Positions 28,564-39,409 of a DNA stretch of 64,000 nucleotides are shown here, in pieces. The DNA comes from a virus: IMG/VR virus record IMGVR_UViG_3300025132_000028, positions 1 to 64,000 of that record, one strand, 5' to 3'. Position 1 is the first letter of the stretch; every line of letters begins with the position of its first letter. The notes beneath the pieces were generated by a model. The model did no database searches and had not been told where the DNA came from. It saw only the letters and a list, made by a program, of their open reading frames with translations. A program made the translations under genes and the position numbers.

Positions 28564-30120
28564 ATGCCCGCTATAGTATCAGACCAATTCAGGATCCTAA
28601 ACGCAGCCAATTTCGTGTCTGATGTTTCAGATTCAAATAATTCGTATTATGTCGTTCTTGGACTCGCGAACCCAACTCAGGTTGGTTTTGGTAGGAGTTC
28701 CAATTGGGATAATTCAACCCCGTATCCAGTAGATGATTTTAATTATTCTAATCATGTTCGCGATACCATGCTTTTTGGTAAGAAAATTACCAAAGACAAT
28801 ATCAGAAGATTGATTAGAAGAGTTGACTGGACGCAAGGTACAATTTATGAAATGTACCGACACGATTACAGTATTCAAGCTCCATCTCCTGTAACCAACT
28901 CTACTAGATTATATGATGCGAACTATTATGTAATGAATTCAGACTTCCAAGTTTATATTTGTTTACAGAATGGTTCTTCAGGTATCAATACTGTTGGTAA
29001 TCAATCTCTTGATGAACCAACTTTTACTGATCTTGAACCATCTAAAGCGGGTAATAGTGGAGATGGTTATGTTTGGAAATATATGTATACTGTCTCACCT
29101 GGAGACATCATTAAGTTTGATACATTAGAATACATCCCGATACCAAATGATTGGGAAACGGTTACGGGTCCTGTTGCATCTGTTAGAGATAATGGAAACT
29201 CGGATGTAAACCTGAACCAAATTAAAACAGTTTATATTGAAAAACAAGGTGCGGGATATGGTATTGGGCAAAACCAACCCGTTGATATTCTTGGCGATGG
29301 AACAGGAGGAAAGGCAGTTCTATCTGTAGATTCTTCAGGTAAAGTTACTAGTGCTACTGTATCATCTGGTGGTAGTGGTTATTCTTTTGGTATTATTGAT
29401 TTATCTTCAATTAATACTGGATCTATTACTGACAGAGCATTCTTAATTCCAATCATCCCACCAACAAAAGGACATGGTTTTAATGCATATAATGAATTAG
29501 GTGCTGACAAAGTTTTGATTTATGCTCGTTTTGACGACATTGGTGATTTCCCAACTTCTACAAAATTTGCACAAGTTGGTCTACTTAAGAATCCACTTTC
29601 TGTTGGTTCAACATCTGTACAGTCTTCAAATTCATTTAGTTCTACAAATGCGATCGTCTTAAATACAATTTCTGACGTCACGCAAATTTCAGTAGGATCT
29701 AAAATTTCTCAAACTATTGGTACTGGTGTTACTGCCTTTGGATGGATAACATCTTTTGACAATACAACAAATGTTGTTAGATACGCTCAAGATAGATCTT
29801 TATACTTTAATCAGTCTACAACAAATCAAGAAGATGACCCATTTGCTTCTCGTCAATCTTTTATAAAACATGCTTTTACAAGTGCTGTAGCGAACATCAC
29901 GATTGGTTCTGCAAGTTGCACAATCAACACAGGATTTACTGGTATTAATACAGTAGGTACTTCAGGTGCTCTAGTCGATCTTGGAATTAACTTCACAAGT
30001 GGTCTTTCTGGTCCAGAAATTGAAGTTTCATCTGGTGAGCTTATATATATTGATAACAGGCAAACCGTTTCGAGGAACCTGAGACAAAGAGAAGACGTAA
30101 AAATCGTACTGGAATTCTAA
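28564..30120 (+). CDS. gp8: baseplate wedge subunit
   Basis: AIVSDQFRILNA, RR.DW..G..Y.MYRHDY, YYVMNS...VYICL, DGY.WKYMY, C-terminal Q.EDVKIVLEF. Confidence 0.92.
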   Translation: MPAIVSDQFRILNAANFVSDVSDSNNSYYVVLGLANPTQVGFGRSSNWDNSTPYPVDDFNYSNHVRDTMLFGKKITKDNIRRLIRRVDWTQGTIYEMYRHDYSIQAPSPVTNSTRLYDANYYVMNSDFQVYICLQNGSSGINTVGNQSLDEPTFTDLEPSKAGNSGDGYVWKYMYTVSPGDIIKFDTLEYIPIPNDWETVTGPVASVRDNGNSDVNLNQIKTVYIEKQGAGYGIGQNQPVDILGDGTGGKAVLSVDSSGKVTSATVSSGGSGYSFGIIDLSSINTGSITDRAFLIPIIPPTKGHGFNAYNELGADKVLIYARFDDIGDFPTSTKFAQVGLLKNPLSVGSTSVQSSNSFSSTNAIVLNTISDVTQISVGSKISQTIGTGVTAFGWITSFDNTTNVVRYAQDRSLYFNQSTTNQEDDPFASRQSFIKHAFTSAVANITIGSASCTINTGFTGINTVGTSGALVDLGINFTSGLSGPEIEVSSGELIYIDNRQTVSRNLRQREDVKIVLEF

Positions 30121-30129
30121 TCTGAGACA

Positions 30130-33100
30130 ATGCCACAAAGAACCAATTTAAATATTAATCCATATTATGACGATTTTGACGCAGAAAACAATTACTATAG
30201 GGTATTGTTCAAGCCTGGTTTTCCAGTTCAGGCTAGAGAATTAACTACATCTCAATCTATTCTTCAGAATCAGATTGAGAAATTTGCTAGACATACTTTC
30301 AAAGATGGATCTGTTGTAATACCTGGTGGAGTTAGTTATGATTTTGATTATCAATCAATTCAGATTGAATCAACTTTCCTTGGTTTGAATGTTGGTGATT
30401 ATATTACATCTTTTATAGGAAAAGAGATTAGAGGTCAACAAACAGGTCTTGAAGCAAAGATTGTAAATGTTCTTCTTTCTTCGCAAACATCGAGTGGTAA
30501 TATTACTCTTTTCATAAAATATACTTCTGGTACATCTGGTAATCAAGTAGGTGCTTTCCAAGACGGAGAGACTTTAATTACTGAAGAAAACGTTGTATAT
30601 GGAAATACAACTATTTCTAGTGGAAACACTTTTGCAGTTACTATTGCAACTAATGCAGCACAAATAGGTTCTGCTGCTCACGTAGATGCTGGTACTTTCT
30701 TCTTCAGAGGTTATTTTGTTGATGTTAAAAAGCAAACAGTAGTTTTAGACGAAGCCGACGATACCCCTTCATACAGAGTTGGTCTTCAAATTAGTGAAGA
30801 GATTGTAAACGCAAAGCAAGATAATACTTTATATGATAATGCAAAGGGTTTTACTAACTTTGCTGCTCCTGGTGCTGATAGATTTAAAATCCAAACTACT
30901 TTAGTTAAAAAGAGTCTTACTGATCTTAATGACTCAAGTTTTATTGAACTCTTAAGAGTTGACGAAGGTGTACTTTTAAATGTACCCAATAAACCAGCGT
31001 ATTCTGTTATTAAAGATTATATTGCTGAAAGAGATTTTGAGAGAACTGGTAACTTCTTCGTTGAACCTTTTGATATTACTTTCCATGAGTGTTTGAATAA
31101 TAGAAGAGGTAATAATGGTCTGTTTTATGATAATCAAGTAACTGATGAAGGTGCTGTTCCTTCTAACGATTTAGCTTGTGTTTCTGTAGGTTCTGGTAAA
31201 GCATATGTAAAAGGTTATGATATTGATAGACCTGTTGCAACAATTTTAGATATTCCAAAACCAAGAACAACTCGTAAAATTGAAGATGCTTTTGTTCCAT
31301 ATAATCTAGGTAGTCAAGTTCAAGTAAATAATGTTTATGGACATCCTGCAATTAAGAGAGAAGTTCAATTATACAGTCAAAGATTAGGTGCTAATGGAAC
31401 TACTCTTGCGGGTGAAAGAATTGGTGATTGTAGGTGCTATTCTTTTAATTTAACTTCTGGAGAATACTTATCTCCTAAAACTCCATTTACTTTATTTGTT
31501 TATGATGTAACATTATATCAGAAGTTACATCTTGCTAATCCTCTCAGTGCTGCTCAACTTCCTGCTGGTGCATATATTACAGGTCAATCTAGTGGTGCAT
31601 CTGGATATGTAACCGCAGCTGGTACTGGAAGTGCCAAAGTCTTTGTAAGAGATACAAGTGGAACTTTCATCCAAGGTGAAACAATTTATATTAATGGCAT
31701 TAAAGAGAATGCTAGAAAAACTTTAGATGTAAGAGTATATGATAGTACTGATGTAAAATCTGTTTATCAACAAGCTTCTGCATTAGGTCTACAGGCAAAT
31801 TTCTATGGTGATGTACTTTTAGTAGGTCAACCTGTTCCTGGATTTAAAGAAACAGACCAATTTAATATTACTGCTGCTGGTAAAGTATCAATTAACAGTA
31901 AAACTCTTACTGGTATTAAAACAGATTCTTTACTCGCTGTTCAGCAAGTTGGTTTTACAACAACCACTTTGTATAGAGTAAAAGATATTGCAAAAACTGG
32001 ACTTGAAGTTACTATAGAAGCAACCACAGATGTTGTTGGAATTACTACTGGTGCTCTTCCTGCAGCGAATATTACATCAACAATTATTGCTTTTACACCT
32101 ATTGTACAAAATATTAATCAGGATGAGATGTATGTTTCTCTTCCACAAAGTGATGTTGCTACAGTAGATTTACAAAATTCAAGTCTTGAGTTTCATACCC
32201 AACTTACTGCATTAGCAACTAATGGTTCTGGTGAAATGACAATCACTAATACCAGTGGTGTTCAAGGTGCTTTATTTGAAGCATTTGATGAAGAAAGATA
32301 TAGTATTGTTTATTCTGATGGTGTTATTGCAACAATATCATCAAATAAATTTGAATATAACAGTGGTTCAAATACAATCACAATTAAAGGTTTAAGACAA
32401 TCTCAAACTAACGTTGTTGCCAATGTTGTGATGAAGAAACCTCAGTTTAAGGCAAAGAGTAAGGTTGTTAATCGATCACAAGTTGTAAATATTACTAGAT
32501 CTGCAAATAAACAATCTGGATCTACAGCAAATAATAGTTTAAATGATGGTTTGTCATTTAGTACGTTTTTTGGAACTAGAATTCAAGATAAGAAAATTTG
32601 TTTGAATTATCCAGAGGTTATTGAAGTTCTTGCTATTCATGAATCTTTTGATTCTAATGCACCTACATTCGATAAACTAAATCTCACTTCTGTAGAAAAT
32701 GTACAGACTAGTGCTATTATTGGTGAAAGTATTATTGGTAATGATAGTAAAGCAATTGCAAGACTTGTAGCAAAACCTGGTGCTGCTCAAGTAGAGTTTG
32801 TATATTTAACTGATGCTAGATTTATTCTTGGGGAAGATATTTCTTTTAATGAGAGTGATATTGTTGCAAGTATTGATAGTATTGTTAATGGAAGTTATAA
32901 AGATATTACTTACAGATATTCATTAAGTAATGGTCAAGAACATGCGTTCTCAAACTATGCTTCTCTTAGTCGAAGTGCTAGTAGTGGTCAACCTCCAACT
33001 AGACAGTTAAAAGTTGTATTTGATTATTACTCTGTTCCTTCTGGTGATGATGGTGATGTTGTAACTGTAGATAGTTACCCACAGTCTGTGTTTAGAGGAT

Positions 33101-36100
33101 TGATCCCAGATATGGAGTCTGAACGGGATGGTTCTACTACTGGTGGTACAAACGTCTTAGACTTTAGACCTGCTGTTGCCATATACGATCCAGCAACTGC
33201 ATCAGCACCTCCATTTAGTTTTGCATCTAGAGACTTTGGTGCTCTTAATAAACCAGCTCTACCTCTAGCAGTTGGGGAAGGATCTTTAGTAAGTTTTGAA
33301 TATTACTTATCAAGAAAAGATAAACTATTCTTGAATAAAAATGGTGATCTATCTATTGTTCAAGGTGTGCCTGGTGAAGGTGAACCTGACGATTTAGATG
33401 CTGACCATATGTTATTGGGTACTATCAGTTTACCTGCATATACAGATGAAACTGATTCTATTGATATTGATTTAGAAAACCCAAGAAGATATACTTTTGC
33501 TGATATTGCTAAATTAGATAATAAAATTAGTGCTCTTGAAAATTCAGTTACTCTTTCTATGTTAGAAGAGGAAACAAAAAACGTTGACATTAGAGATGCA
33601 ACTGGTAAAGCACGTTTCAAAAATGGTTTCTTTGCTGATAATTTCCAAACTAGTGAACAAATTGATGATGACCACCCAGATAATAAGTGCGAACAGACCG
33701 ATGAAGGTAGCGGTACAATTACACCATTACCATCAAACGCATCTTTAAAAACATTAATTGTAACTAAAGATGAAACAACATCTGCTACTTACGATAGTAC
33801 AACTGATTATGACCTTTTAGATGATAATGTTGTTAAGAGGGGTGACCTCTTGATGCTTAAGTATGAAGAGAAAGAGTGGGTAAAACAACTTGCAGCAACT
33901 GGTGTAAGTAATATTAACCCATTTAATGTTATTACATGGGCAGTTGCAATTACACTAAAACCTGATATTGATAGTTGGTCTAGAAAAATTCAAACTCAAC
34001 AAACTGTAAAGATTAAAGGTAAACAAAAAACAGTAAAGGTTGTTACTAAGCGTTATAAGTGGGTTCGTACTGGTTACTGGTGGGGCTGGTGGGGTCGTTG
34101 GCGTTGGTATTGGCGTCGTTATAGATGGAGATGGTGTCATTGGAGTTGGGGGTACTACTGGTATCGTCGTGGTTGGAGATATGGATGGAGATGGCGTTAC
34201 GGTTACTACAGATATCGTTGGAGATACGGCTATTGGGGCTGGTGGGGCTGGGGCAACCGTTGTATGCGTCGAGTTGCTACTTACACTACTACTTACAAGA
34301 AGGTTGATGTACCAACACCAACGCCTGCAGATAAGGTCGAGAAGATCAAGTCGCAAGCAGAAGAGTATATGCGTTCTAGAAACGTACTTGTTGATGCACT
34401 GTCTTGTAAACCAAAGACTAGGTATTACCACTTCTTTGATGGAAGTAATACTTTGGATATTGTACCAAAACTTCTTGAAATCAAGAATGTTACAGCAGCA
34501 TTCAAAGTTGGTGAAACTGTAATTGGTAAGAGTGGGAAAGCAAGAATTAAGTTCAGAGTTTGTACACCTAACCATAAGAGAGGTAAGTATAACAAACCAG
34601 ATAGAACTTATAGCATAAACCCATACAATACTGCACAGAATATTCCTACGACATATTCTAAGTCTTCGACAGTCTTAAACGTAGACGTCGCTTCGATGGC
34701 GGAGGAAGCACAAGGTTCATTCAGTGGATATGTTGTTAATGGCATGTTACTGACTGGTCAACAGTCTGGTGCGACTGCAAAGGTAAGTCAGATTCGTTTG
34801 GTTTCTGATAAGTTTGGTGATATTCAAGCAACGTTCTTTATCAGAGATCCTCTTGCAAATCCTGCACCTCCAAACAGATTTAAGACAGGTACTAAGCAAT
34901 TTGTTCTTAATACTGATATTAACAACACTAAAGCAGTTCCTGGATCTACCAAGATCTCTTCAGGACAAGCAGATTATAAGTCTACTGGTGTTATTGAAAC
35001 TTGGAGAACGACAAAGTATAAGGTTTACTTCCATAGAGACCCTCTTGCACAGTCGTTTACAACAGATGCTAGTGGTGTATTCCTTACTAGTCTTGACGTT
35101 TGGTTCTATACTAAGGATGAAAAACTCCCAGTATTCCTTGAAGTCAGACAAATGCAGTTGGGTATTCCAACCAGAAATGTTTTAGAATATTCTGAAGTAA
35201 AACTTGATCCAGACCAAGTTACATTGGTTCCTGACACTGGTGCATCTGCAGGTAATAACACTTATAAGACCACATTTACATTTAAGTCTCCTGTATTCTG
35301 TTCTCCAAACACTGAATTCTGTGTCGTTCTCTTGTCTGAGTCTGATTCTTATGAAGTCTTCCTTGCAAGGATGGGTTCTAAGACACTCAACTTTAAGGCA
35401 CTAGGATTAGGTCAGAACTCTCAGCACAGTAAACAGTGGGGTGCTGGTTCTCTATTCAAGTCTCAGAACGGTTCTATTTGGACTCCAACTCAGGAAGAAG
35501 ATTTAACATTCAGACTTAAGAGAGCAAACTTTACAGCTACCTCTGGTACTGTTTATATGCACAACCCAGATCTTGATGTAAGTAATAATTACATTAGAAG
35601 ACTCGATCCCGATTCTTTCCAAGTCGTTTCTAGATCTGTAACTGTTGGTATTGATACAGTCACAAATGGAACTACCATGGCAGGTATTCTTACTACTGGT
35701 AGGAAAATTGGTGAAGCAACTTCTTCTGAAGGTGGTACTTCTGGTAAGTCTTATGTCTTTGGTACTATTGAAAGTACTGGTGGTCCTATTGACCTAACAT
35801 TTGGTTCTTACGCAGGTATTTCTACAGTTGCTATTGGTGGTACTGATTACATCGATGGTCAATATAATAATGTTGATCTGTTCGCTGTTACTGGTAATGG
35901 AGTTGGTGCAAAAGCAAACCTCTTTGTTGAAAATGGAAACGTAACTGCTGCTGGTGCAACTATTGTAGATGCAGGACATGGTTATACTGTGGGTGATATT
36001 ATCGGTATTACAACTGCTGATGCTGGTGGTGCTGGTTCTCAATGTCAATTGTCAATTGAAGCAACTAGTGGTGTTGATAGATTATTCCTAGAAGATGTAC

Positions 36101-37566
36101 GTGGTAACACTTTTGTTACTAGTGAAAAACTTGTTTACTTCAATGATTCTGGAACTAGAGTAGCACTTGCAAACACGACAATTACATTGTCCGCAAGAAC
36201 TGGTCCTACCTCTAATGAAGGTGACATGATAATTGTTTATCTTCCAAATCATGGAATGTATAGTGGATCTAACAAGATTACTATTAGTGGATGTAAGGAT
36301 CTTGCAGATGCAACACAACTATCTGCTGATGTTACTTCTACTAGCACGGTAATTTCTGTTGCTTCTACCATGGGTTATGAAACATTTGAAGGAATGCCAG
36401 TAAGTGCAACAAATCCAGGTTATGTATTAGTTGACGATGAACTTATTTCTTACACTGGTATTGGTGCGGGAACATTAACTATTGGTACTAGAGGTGTTGA
36501 TGGTACAGTTTCTACTCCACACACTAACGGAGAAGAAGTTGACCTGTATGAACTACAAGGTGTATCTCTCAGAAGAATTAACACAACTCATGACATTGAC
36601 CCTTATGAGTTTGATATTGATAACTTCTATATCAGAATTCAGAGAGATCAAAATGGTACAACCAGAAATGATGATGGAACATTGGTTAATGCTCCACTCC
36701 TAAGTTTCGCTGATAGTGGAGCTGCTGGTGGTGATGAAATCGATACCACAACTAACTTGTTGTACTCTAGCATCAAACCTAACTACAGAGTTATTAAACC
36801 TACTGGTAAGACTTCTGTTACTGCACAAGCCAGAACAATCACAGGTACAAGTCCAAGTGGAAATGAAGTCTCTTATGTAGATAAGGGTTATGTAAACATT
36901 GATCTTGGTAATGTTAATGAGTTTAGAGATGTAAGAATGATTGCTTCTAAAGTTAATGAAGACACATATAACACTGAACTATTCAGGAATAAGTCTTTCA
37001 CAACTGCGATCACATTACAAACAACAGATACAAATGTATCTCCAACTATTGACTCAACGGTTGGTGCAACTGAATTTGAATTCTTTAGACTTAATGATCC
37101 AGTCAATAATTATGCCCTAGATGGTCGTGTTAACATTGCTGGTGAAGATCCACATGCATCCGCATACGTAAGTAAGAATGTTTCGCTTGAGAATGAATCA
37201 CAAGCACTAAAAGTGATTATTGAAGCATACAGAAGTGACACATCTGATTTCCGTGTTGCATATCAACTCCAAACAAGTGCTGAAGGTGGTGCTGCTCCAT
37301 GGCGTCTCTTCCCTGGTTTTGATAACTTGAAAGACACTGATGGTAACGGATTAGGTGATGAAGTTATTACTCAATTGAATAATAACGGTAAGCCAGATAG
37401 AAAGATCAGAGCATCTGCTCCTTTATCTGATGAATTCATCCAGTATGAGTTTAATGCTCAGAACTTAACTGAATTCACAGGATTTAGAGTCAAGATTATG
37501 ATGTCTGGTACAAATGCTGCTGATCCTCCAAAGTTCAGATCAATCAGAGCGATTGCATACACATAG
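30130..37566 (+). CDS. large virion structural protein, VrlC/DUF4815-like (2478 aa)
   Basis: N-terminal N.NPYYDDF....YYRVLFKPG.PVQARELT..QSILQ.Q, APGADR, GKAYVKGY, DPLAQSF, GSLFKSQN...W. Confidence 0.85.
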   Translation: MPQRTNLNINPYYDDFDAENNYYRVLFKPGFPVQARELTTSQSILQNQIEKFARHTFKDGSVVIPGGVSYDFDYQSIQIESTFLGLNVGDYITSFIGKEIRGQQTGLEAKIVNVLLSSQTSSGNITLFIKYTSGTSGNQVGAFQDGETLITEENVVYGNTTISSGNTFAVTIATNAAQIGSAAHVDAGTFFFRGYFVDVKKQTVVLDEADDTPSYRVGLQISEEIVNAKQDNTLYDNAKGFTNFAAPGADRFKIQTTLVKKSLTDLNDSSFIELLRVDEGVLLNVPNKPAYSVIKDYIAERDFERTGNFFVEPFDITFHECLNNRRGNNGLFYDNQVTDEGAVPSNDLACVSVGSGKAYVKGYDIDRPVATILDIPKPRTTRKIEDAFVPYNLGSQVQVNNVYGHPAIKREVQLYSQRLGANGTTLAGERIGDCRCYSFNLTSGEYLSPKTPFTLFVYDVTLYQKLHLANPLSAAQLPAGAYITGQSSGASGYVTAAGTGSAKVFVRDTSGTFIQGETIYINGIKENARKTLDVRVYDSTDVKSVYQQASALGLQANFYGDVLLVGQPVPGFKETDQFNITAAGKVSINSKTLTGIKTDSLLAVQQVGFTTTTLYRVKDIAKTGLEVTIEATTDVVGITTGALPAANITSTIIAFTPIVQNINQDEMYVSLPQSDVATVDLQNSSLEFHTQLTALATNGSGEMTITNTSGVQGALFEAFDEERYSIVYSDGVIATISSNKFEYNSGSNTITIKGLRQSQTNVVANVVMKKPQFKAKSKVVNRSQVVNITRSANKQSGSTANNSLNDGLSFSTFFGTRIQDKKICLNYPEVIEVLAIHESFDSNAPTFDKLNLTSVENVQTSAIIGESIIGNDSKAIARLVAKPGAAQVEFVYLTDARFILGEDISFNESDIVASIDSIVNGSYKDITYRYSLSNGQEHAFSNYASLSRSASSGQPPTRQLKVVFDYYSVPSGDDGDVVTVDSYPQSVFRGLIPDMESERDGSTTGGTNVLDFRPAVAIYDPATASAPPFSFASRDFGALNKPALPLAVGEGSLVSFEYYLSRKDKLFLNKNGDLSIVQGVPGEGEPDDLDADHMLLGTISLPAYTDETDSIDIDLENPRRYTFADIAKLDNKISALENSVTLSMLEEETKNVDIRDATGKARFKNGFFADNFQTSEQIDDDHPDNKCEQTDEGSGTITPLPSNASLKTLIVTKDETTSATYDSTTDYDLLDDNVVKRGDLLMLKYEEKEWVKQLAATGVSNINPFNVITWAVAITLKPDIDSWSRKIQTQQTVKIKGKQKTVKVVTKRYKWVRTGYWWGWWGRWRWYWRRYRWRWCHWSWGYYWYRRGWRYGWRWRYGYYRYRWRYGYWGWWGWGNRCMRRVATYTTTYKKVDVPTPTPADKVEKIKSQAEEYMRSRNVLVDALSCKPKTRYYHFFDGSNTLDIVPKLLEIKNVTAAFKVGETVIGKSGKARIKFRVCTPNHKRGKYNKPDRTYSINPYNTAQNIPTTYSKSSTVLNVDVASMAEEAQGSFSGYVVNGMLLTGQQSGATAKVSQIRLVSDKFGDIQATFFIRDPLANPAPPNRFKTGTKQFVLNTDINNTKAVPGSTKISSGQADYKSTGVIETWRTTKYKVYFHRDPLAQSFTTDASGVFLTSLDVWFYTKDEKLPVFLEVRQMQLGIPTRNVLEYSEVKLDPDQVTLVPDTGASAGNNTYKTTFTFKSPVFCSPNTEFCVVLLSESDSYEVFLARMGSKTLNFKALGLGQNSQHSKQWGAGSLFKSQNGSIWTPTQEEDLTFRLKRANFTATSGTVYMHNPDLDVSNNYIRRLDPDSFQVVSRSVTVGIDTVTNGTTMAGILTTGRKIGEATSSEGGTSGKSYVFGTIESTGGPIDLTFGSYAGISTVAIGGTDYIDGQYNNVDLFAVTGNGVGAKANLFVENGNVTAAGATIVDAGHGYTVGDIIGITTADAGGAGSQCQLSIEATSGVDRLFLEDVRGNTFVTSEKLVYFNDSGTRVALANTTITLSARTGPTSNEGDMIIVYLPNHGMYSGSNKITISGCKDLADATQLSADVTSTSTVISVASTMGYETFEGMPVSATNPGYVLVDDELISYTGIGAGTLTIGTRGVDGTVSTPHTNGEEVDLYELQGVSLRRINTTHDIDPYEFDIDNFYIRIQRDQNGTTRNDDGTLVNAPLLSFADSGAAGGDEIDTTTNLLYSSIKPNYRVIKPTGKTSVTAQARTITGTSPSGNEVSYVDKGYVNIDLGNVNEFRDVRMIASKVNEDTYNTELFRNKSFTTAITLQTTDTNVSPTIDSTVGATEFEFFRLNDPVNNYALDGRVNIAGEDPHASAYVSKNVSLENESQALKVIIEAYRSDTSDFRVAYQLQTSAEGGAAPWRLFPGFDNLKDTDGNGLGDEVITQLNNNGKPDRKIRASAPLSDEFIQYEFNAQNLTEFTGFRVKIMMSGTNAADPPKFRSIRAIAYT

Positions 37567-37571
37567 ACTAT

Positions 37572-37600
37572 AAAAGACACCTAAATATAGGTGTCTTTTT
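37572..37600. terminator. perfect 12-bp hairpin (probably bidirectional terminator) with a late-promoter core at its apex
   Basis: AAAAGACACCTA-AATA-TAGGTGTCTTTT; CTAAATA at 37581-37587. Confidence 0.65.
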
Positions 37601-37609
37601 AATAATAAA

Positions 37610-38071
37610 ATGTCATCACCTGATCCTGACTTATCAGCTTTTAATGAATTTGCCTTTCAAACTATCTTGGATCAATACCAAGAAGATGAAATTTGGAAGA
37701 TGTATAAAGATCAGCAAAAACTTGATGATCAATTAAAAGAGGAAGAAAAAGAAATTGAATACATTGAAGAAGCAAGAGAAGGCGATGAGGAATTTTCTTT
37801 AATGAATTTTACTGAAGAATTTGATATCAGACCAGTAGCAGATAATCCTGGTCTTTATAAAGATATGAGTACTGGTGCAGTTTTAAATATGGACAATACT
37901 GCTTTTAAGATGTATCAAACTAACAAAATAAGATCTGAAGCAGTCCAAAGAAAACAAGAAGAGACAAATGAAAAAGTTTCTAAAATGGATCTTGAAGTGG
38001 AAGAAATGAAAGGAGATCTTAAAGAATTGAAAGGTTTAATTAGAGATTTGATAAAAGGACTAAATAACTAA
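37610..38071 (+). CDS. hypothetical protein with C-terminal coiled coil
   Basis: 153 aa; PGLYKD.STGAVLN motif and heptad-rich C-terminus. Confidence 0.8.
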   Translation: MSSPDPDLSAFNEFAFQTILDQYQEDEIWKMYKDQQKLDDQLKEEEKEIEYIEEAREGDEEFSLMNFTEEFDIRPVADNPGLYKDMSTGAVLNMDNTAFKMYQTNKIRSEAVQRKQEETNEKVSKMDLEVEEMKGDLKELKGLIRDLIKGLNN

Positions 38072-38091
38072 ACGGTATATATTTTTTTCTG

Positions 38092-38430
38092 ATGGCAGCA
38101 GTTTACAATAAAAATATTGTTATTAATACTGGTTCAACTTTCAATGAGACCTATAACTTAAGAAATCCAGATGAGACTTCTTACAGTTTAGTTGGTGCTG
38201 GAATGAGTGGTATTTTGAAAAAACATCCTGGTGCTAGTTCTGGAGTTGGTTTTGCAATGACTTCTACTGATCTTGCAGGAGGAGAATTAAAATTGACAAT
38301 GACCTCAACAGATACTAACAAATTAAAAGAAGGTCGTTACAGATATGATGTTTTGGTCACAGAATCTGGTGGAGATAAAGTCCATATTATAGAAGGTTCA
38401 GCAATGGTAAGAGCAGGAGTAACCACATGA
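38092..38430 (+). CDS. small virion structural protein (BppU N-terminal-like Ig fold)
   Basis: N..I..G.TF..T..L, T..LK.GRY.YDVLV...IEG...V..GVT; ACTAAATA late promoter at 38059-38066. Confidence 0.7.
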   Translation: MAAVYNKNIVINTGSTFNETYNLRNPDETSYSLVGAGMSGILKKHPGASSGVGFAMTSTDLAGGELKLTMTSTDTNKLKEGRYRYDVLVTESGGDKVHIIEGSAMVRAGVTT

Positions 38431-38564
38431 CTTATACTCAAAAAATAATTGTTCCTAAAAACGGAGAAGTAGATACAAAGTTAATTAAAACCTCTACTGC
38501 CCAGAAGGTAAGCGTTCTAAATAATAATAATAAAGATAATATTGACATTACTATAAGCGGGTAA
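38427..38564 (+). CDS. hypothetical protein (45 aa, MTYTQKIIVP...)
   Basis: ATGA overlap, GGAG RBS, ends 2 nt before gp13. Confidence 0.5.
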   Translation: MTYTQKIIVPKNGEVDTKLIKTSTAQKVSVLNNNNKDNIDITISG

Positions 38565-38566
38565 AT

Positions 38567-39409
38567 ATGGCAAAACCATCTACCAGAGAAGGATTTAAAG
38601 ACTATTGCCTAAGGCAATTGGGTGCTCCTGTATTAGAAATCAACGTTGATGATGACCAACTAGATGATTTGGTGGATGATGCTTTGCAGTTTTGGCAAGA
38701 GAGACATTTTGATGGAACGGAAAGTCAATATTTAAAATATAAGATTACACAAGATGATATTGATAGAGGAAAGGCAAGGGTTGGAAATCAAGGTGCAGGT
38801 ATTACTACAACAACAGATAGTGCTACTATTGTTGGAAGTAGTGTTGGTTTTAACTTTGAAGAAAATAGTAACTTTTTAAAAATTCCAGATGATGTTATCG
38901 GAGTAAATAAAGTATTCAGATTTGACAGTAGTACCATTTCTAGTGGAATGTTCAGTGTTAAATATCAATTATTTTTAAATGACATTTATTTCTTAGGTGC
39001 TAGTGAGTTATTAAGTTACTCTATGGTCAAGAGTCACTTGGAGACTATTGATAGGTTACTTACAACTGATAAGCAAATAAGATTCAATAAAACTCAAGGA
39101 AAACTTTATATTGATATTGAGTGGAATAATGCAACTCCAGATGATTATATTATTATTGATTGTTACAGAGCACTTGATCCATCAACCAATCAGTTAGTTT
39201 GGAATAATTATTTCTTAAAACGATATGCCACCGCATTGATTAAAAGACAATGGGGTCAAAACTTAATTAAATTTCAAGGTGTAAAACTTCCTGGTGGTAT
39301 TGAATTAAATGGCAGACCAATATATGATGATGCTGAAAGAGAACTTACTGAATTGAGACAGGCAATGATTAGTGAATACGAACTTCCACCTTTTGATCTT
39401 ATCGGATAA
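38567..39409 (+). CDS. gp13: neck protein
   Basis: AKPSTR...DYCLR.LGAPVLEINVDDDQ..D, KRQWGQNL.KF.GV.LPGG..LNG. Confidence 0.95.
   Translation: MAKPSTREGFKDYCLRQLGAPVLEINVDDDQLDDLVDDALQFWQERHFDGTESQYLKYKITQDDIDRGKARVGNQGAGITTTTDSATIVGSSVGFNFEENSNFLKIPDDVIGVNKVFRFDSSTISSGMFSVKYQLFLNDIYFLGASELLSYSMVKSHLETIDRLLTTDKQIRFNKTQGKLYIDIEWNNATPDDYIIIDCYRALDPSTNQLVWNNYFLKRYATALIKRQWGQNLIKFQGVKLPGGIELNGRPIYDDAERELTELRQAMISEYELPPFDLIG

Noticed and set aside
34040-34522. Alternative + frame over the Trp-rich insert reading as G/V/D-rich sequence with DxDGDG motifs, suggesting a compensated frameshift
   Set aside because: The Trp frame is continuous with the 2478-aa ORF, uses almost only the genome's common Arg codons CGT and AGA, and has just two Cys, whereas a real Val-rich alternative frame with T-ending codons would generate many TGT; no RBS seen for the alternative ORF. 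Read-level confirmation is still advisable
33955-34575. 206-aa Pro/Thr-rich minus-strand ORF
   Set aside because: Antisense shadow of the TGG-rich low-complexity insert
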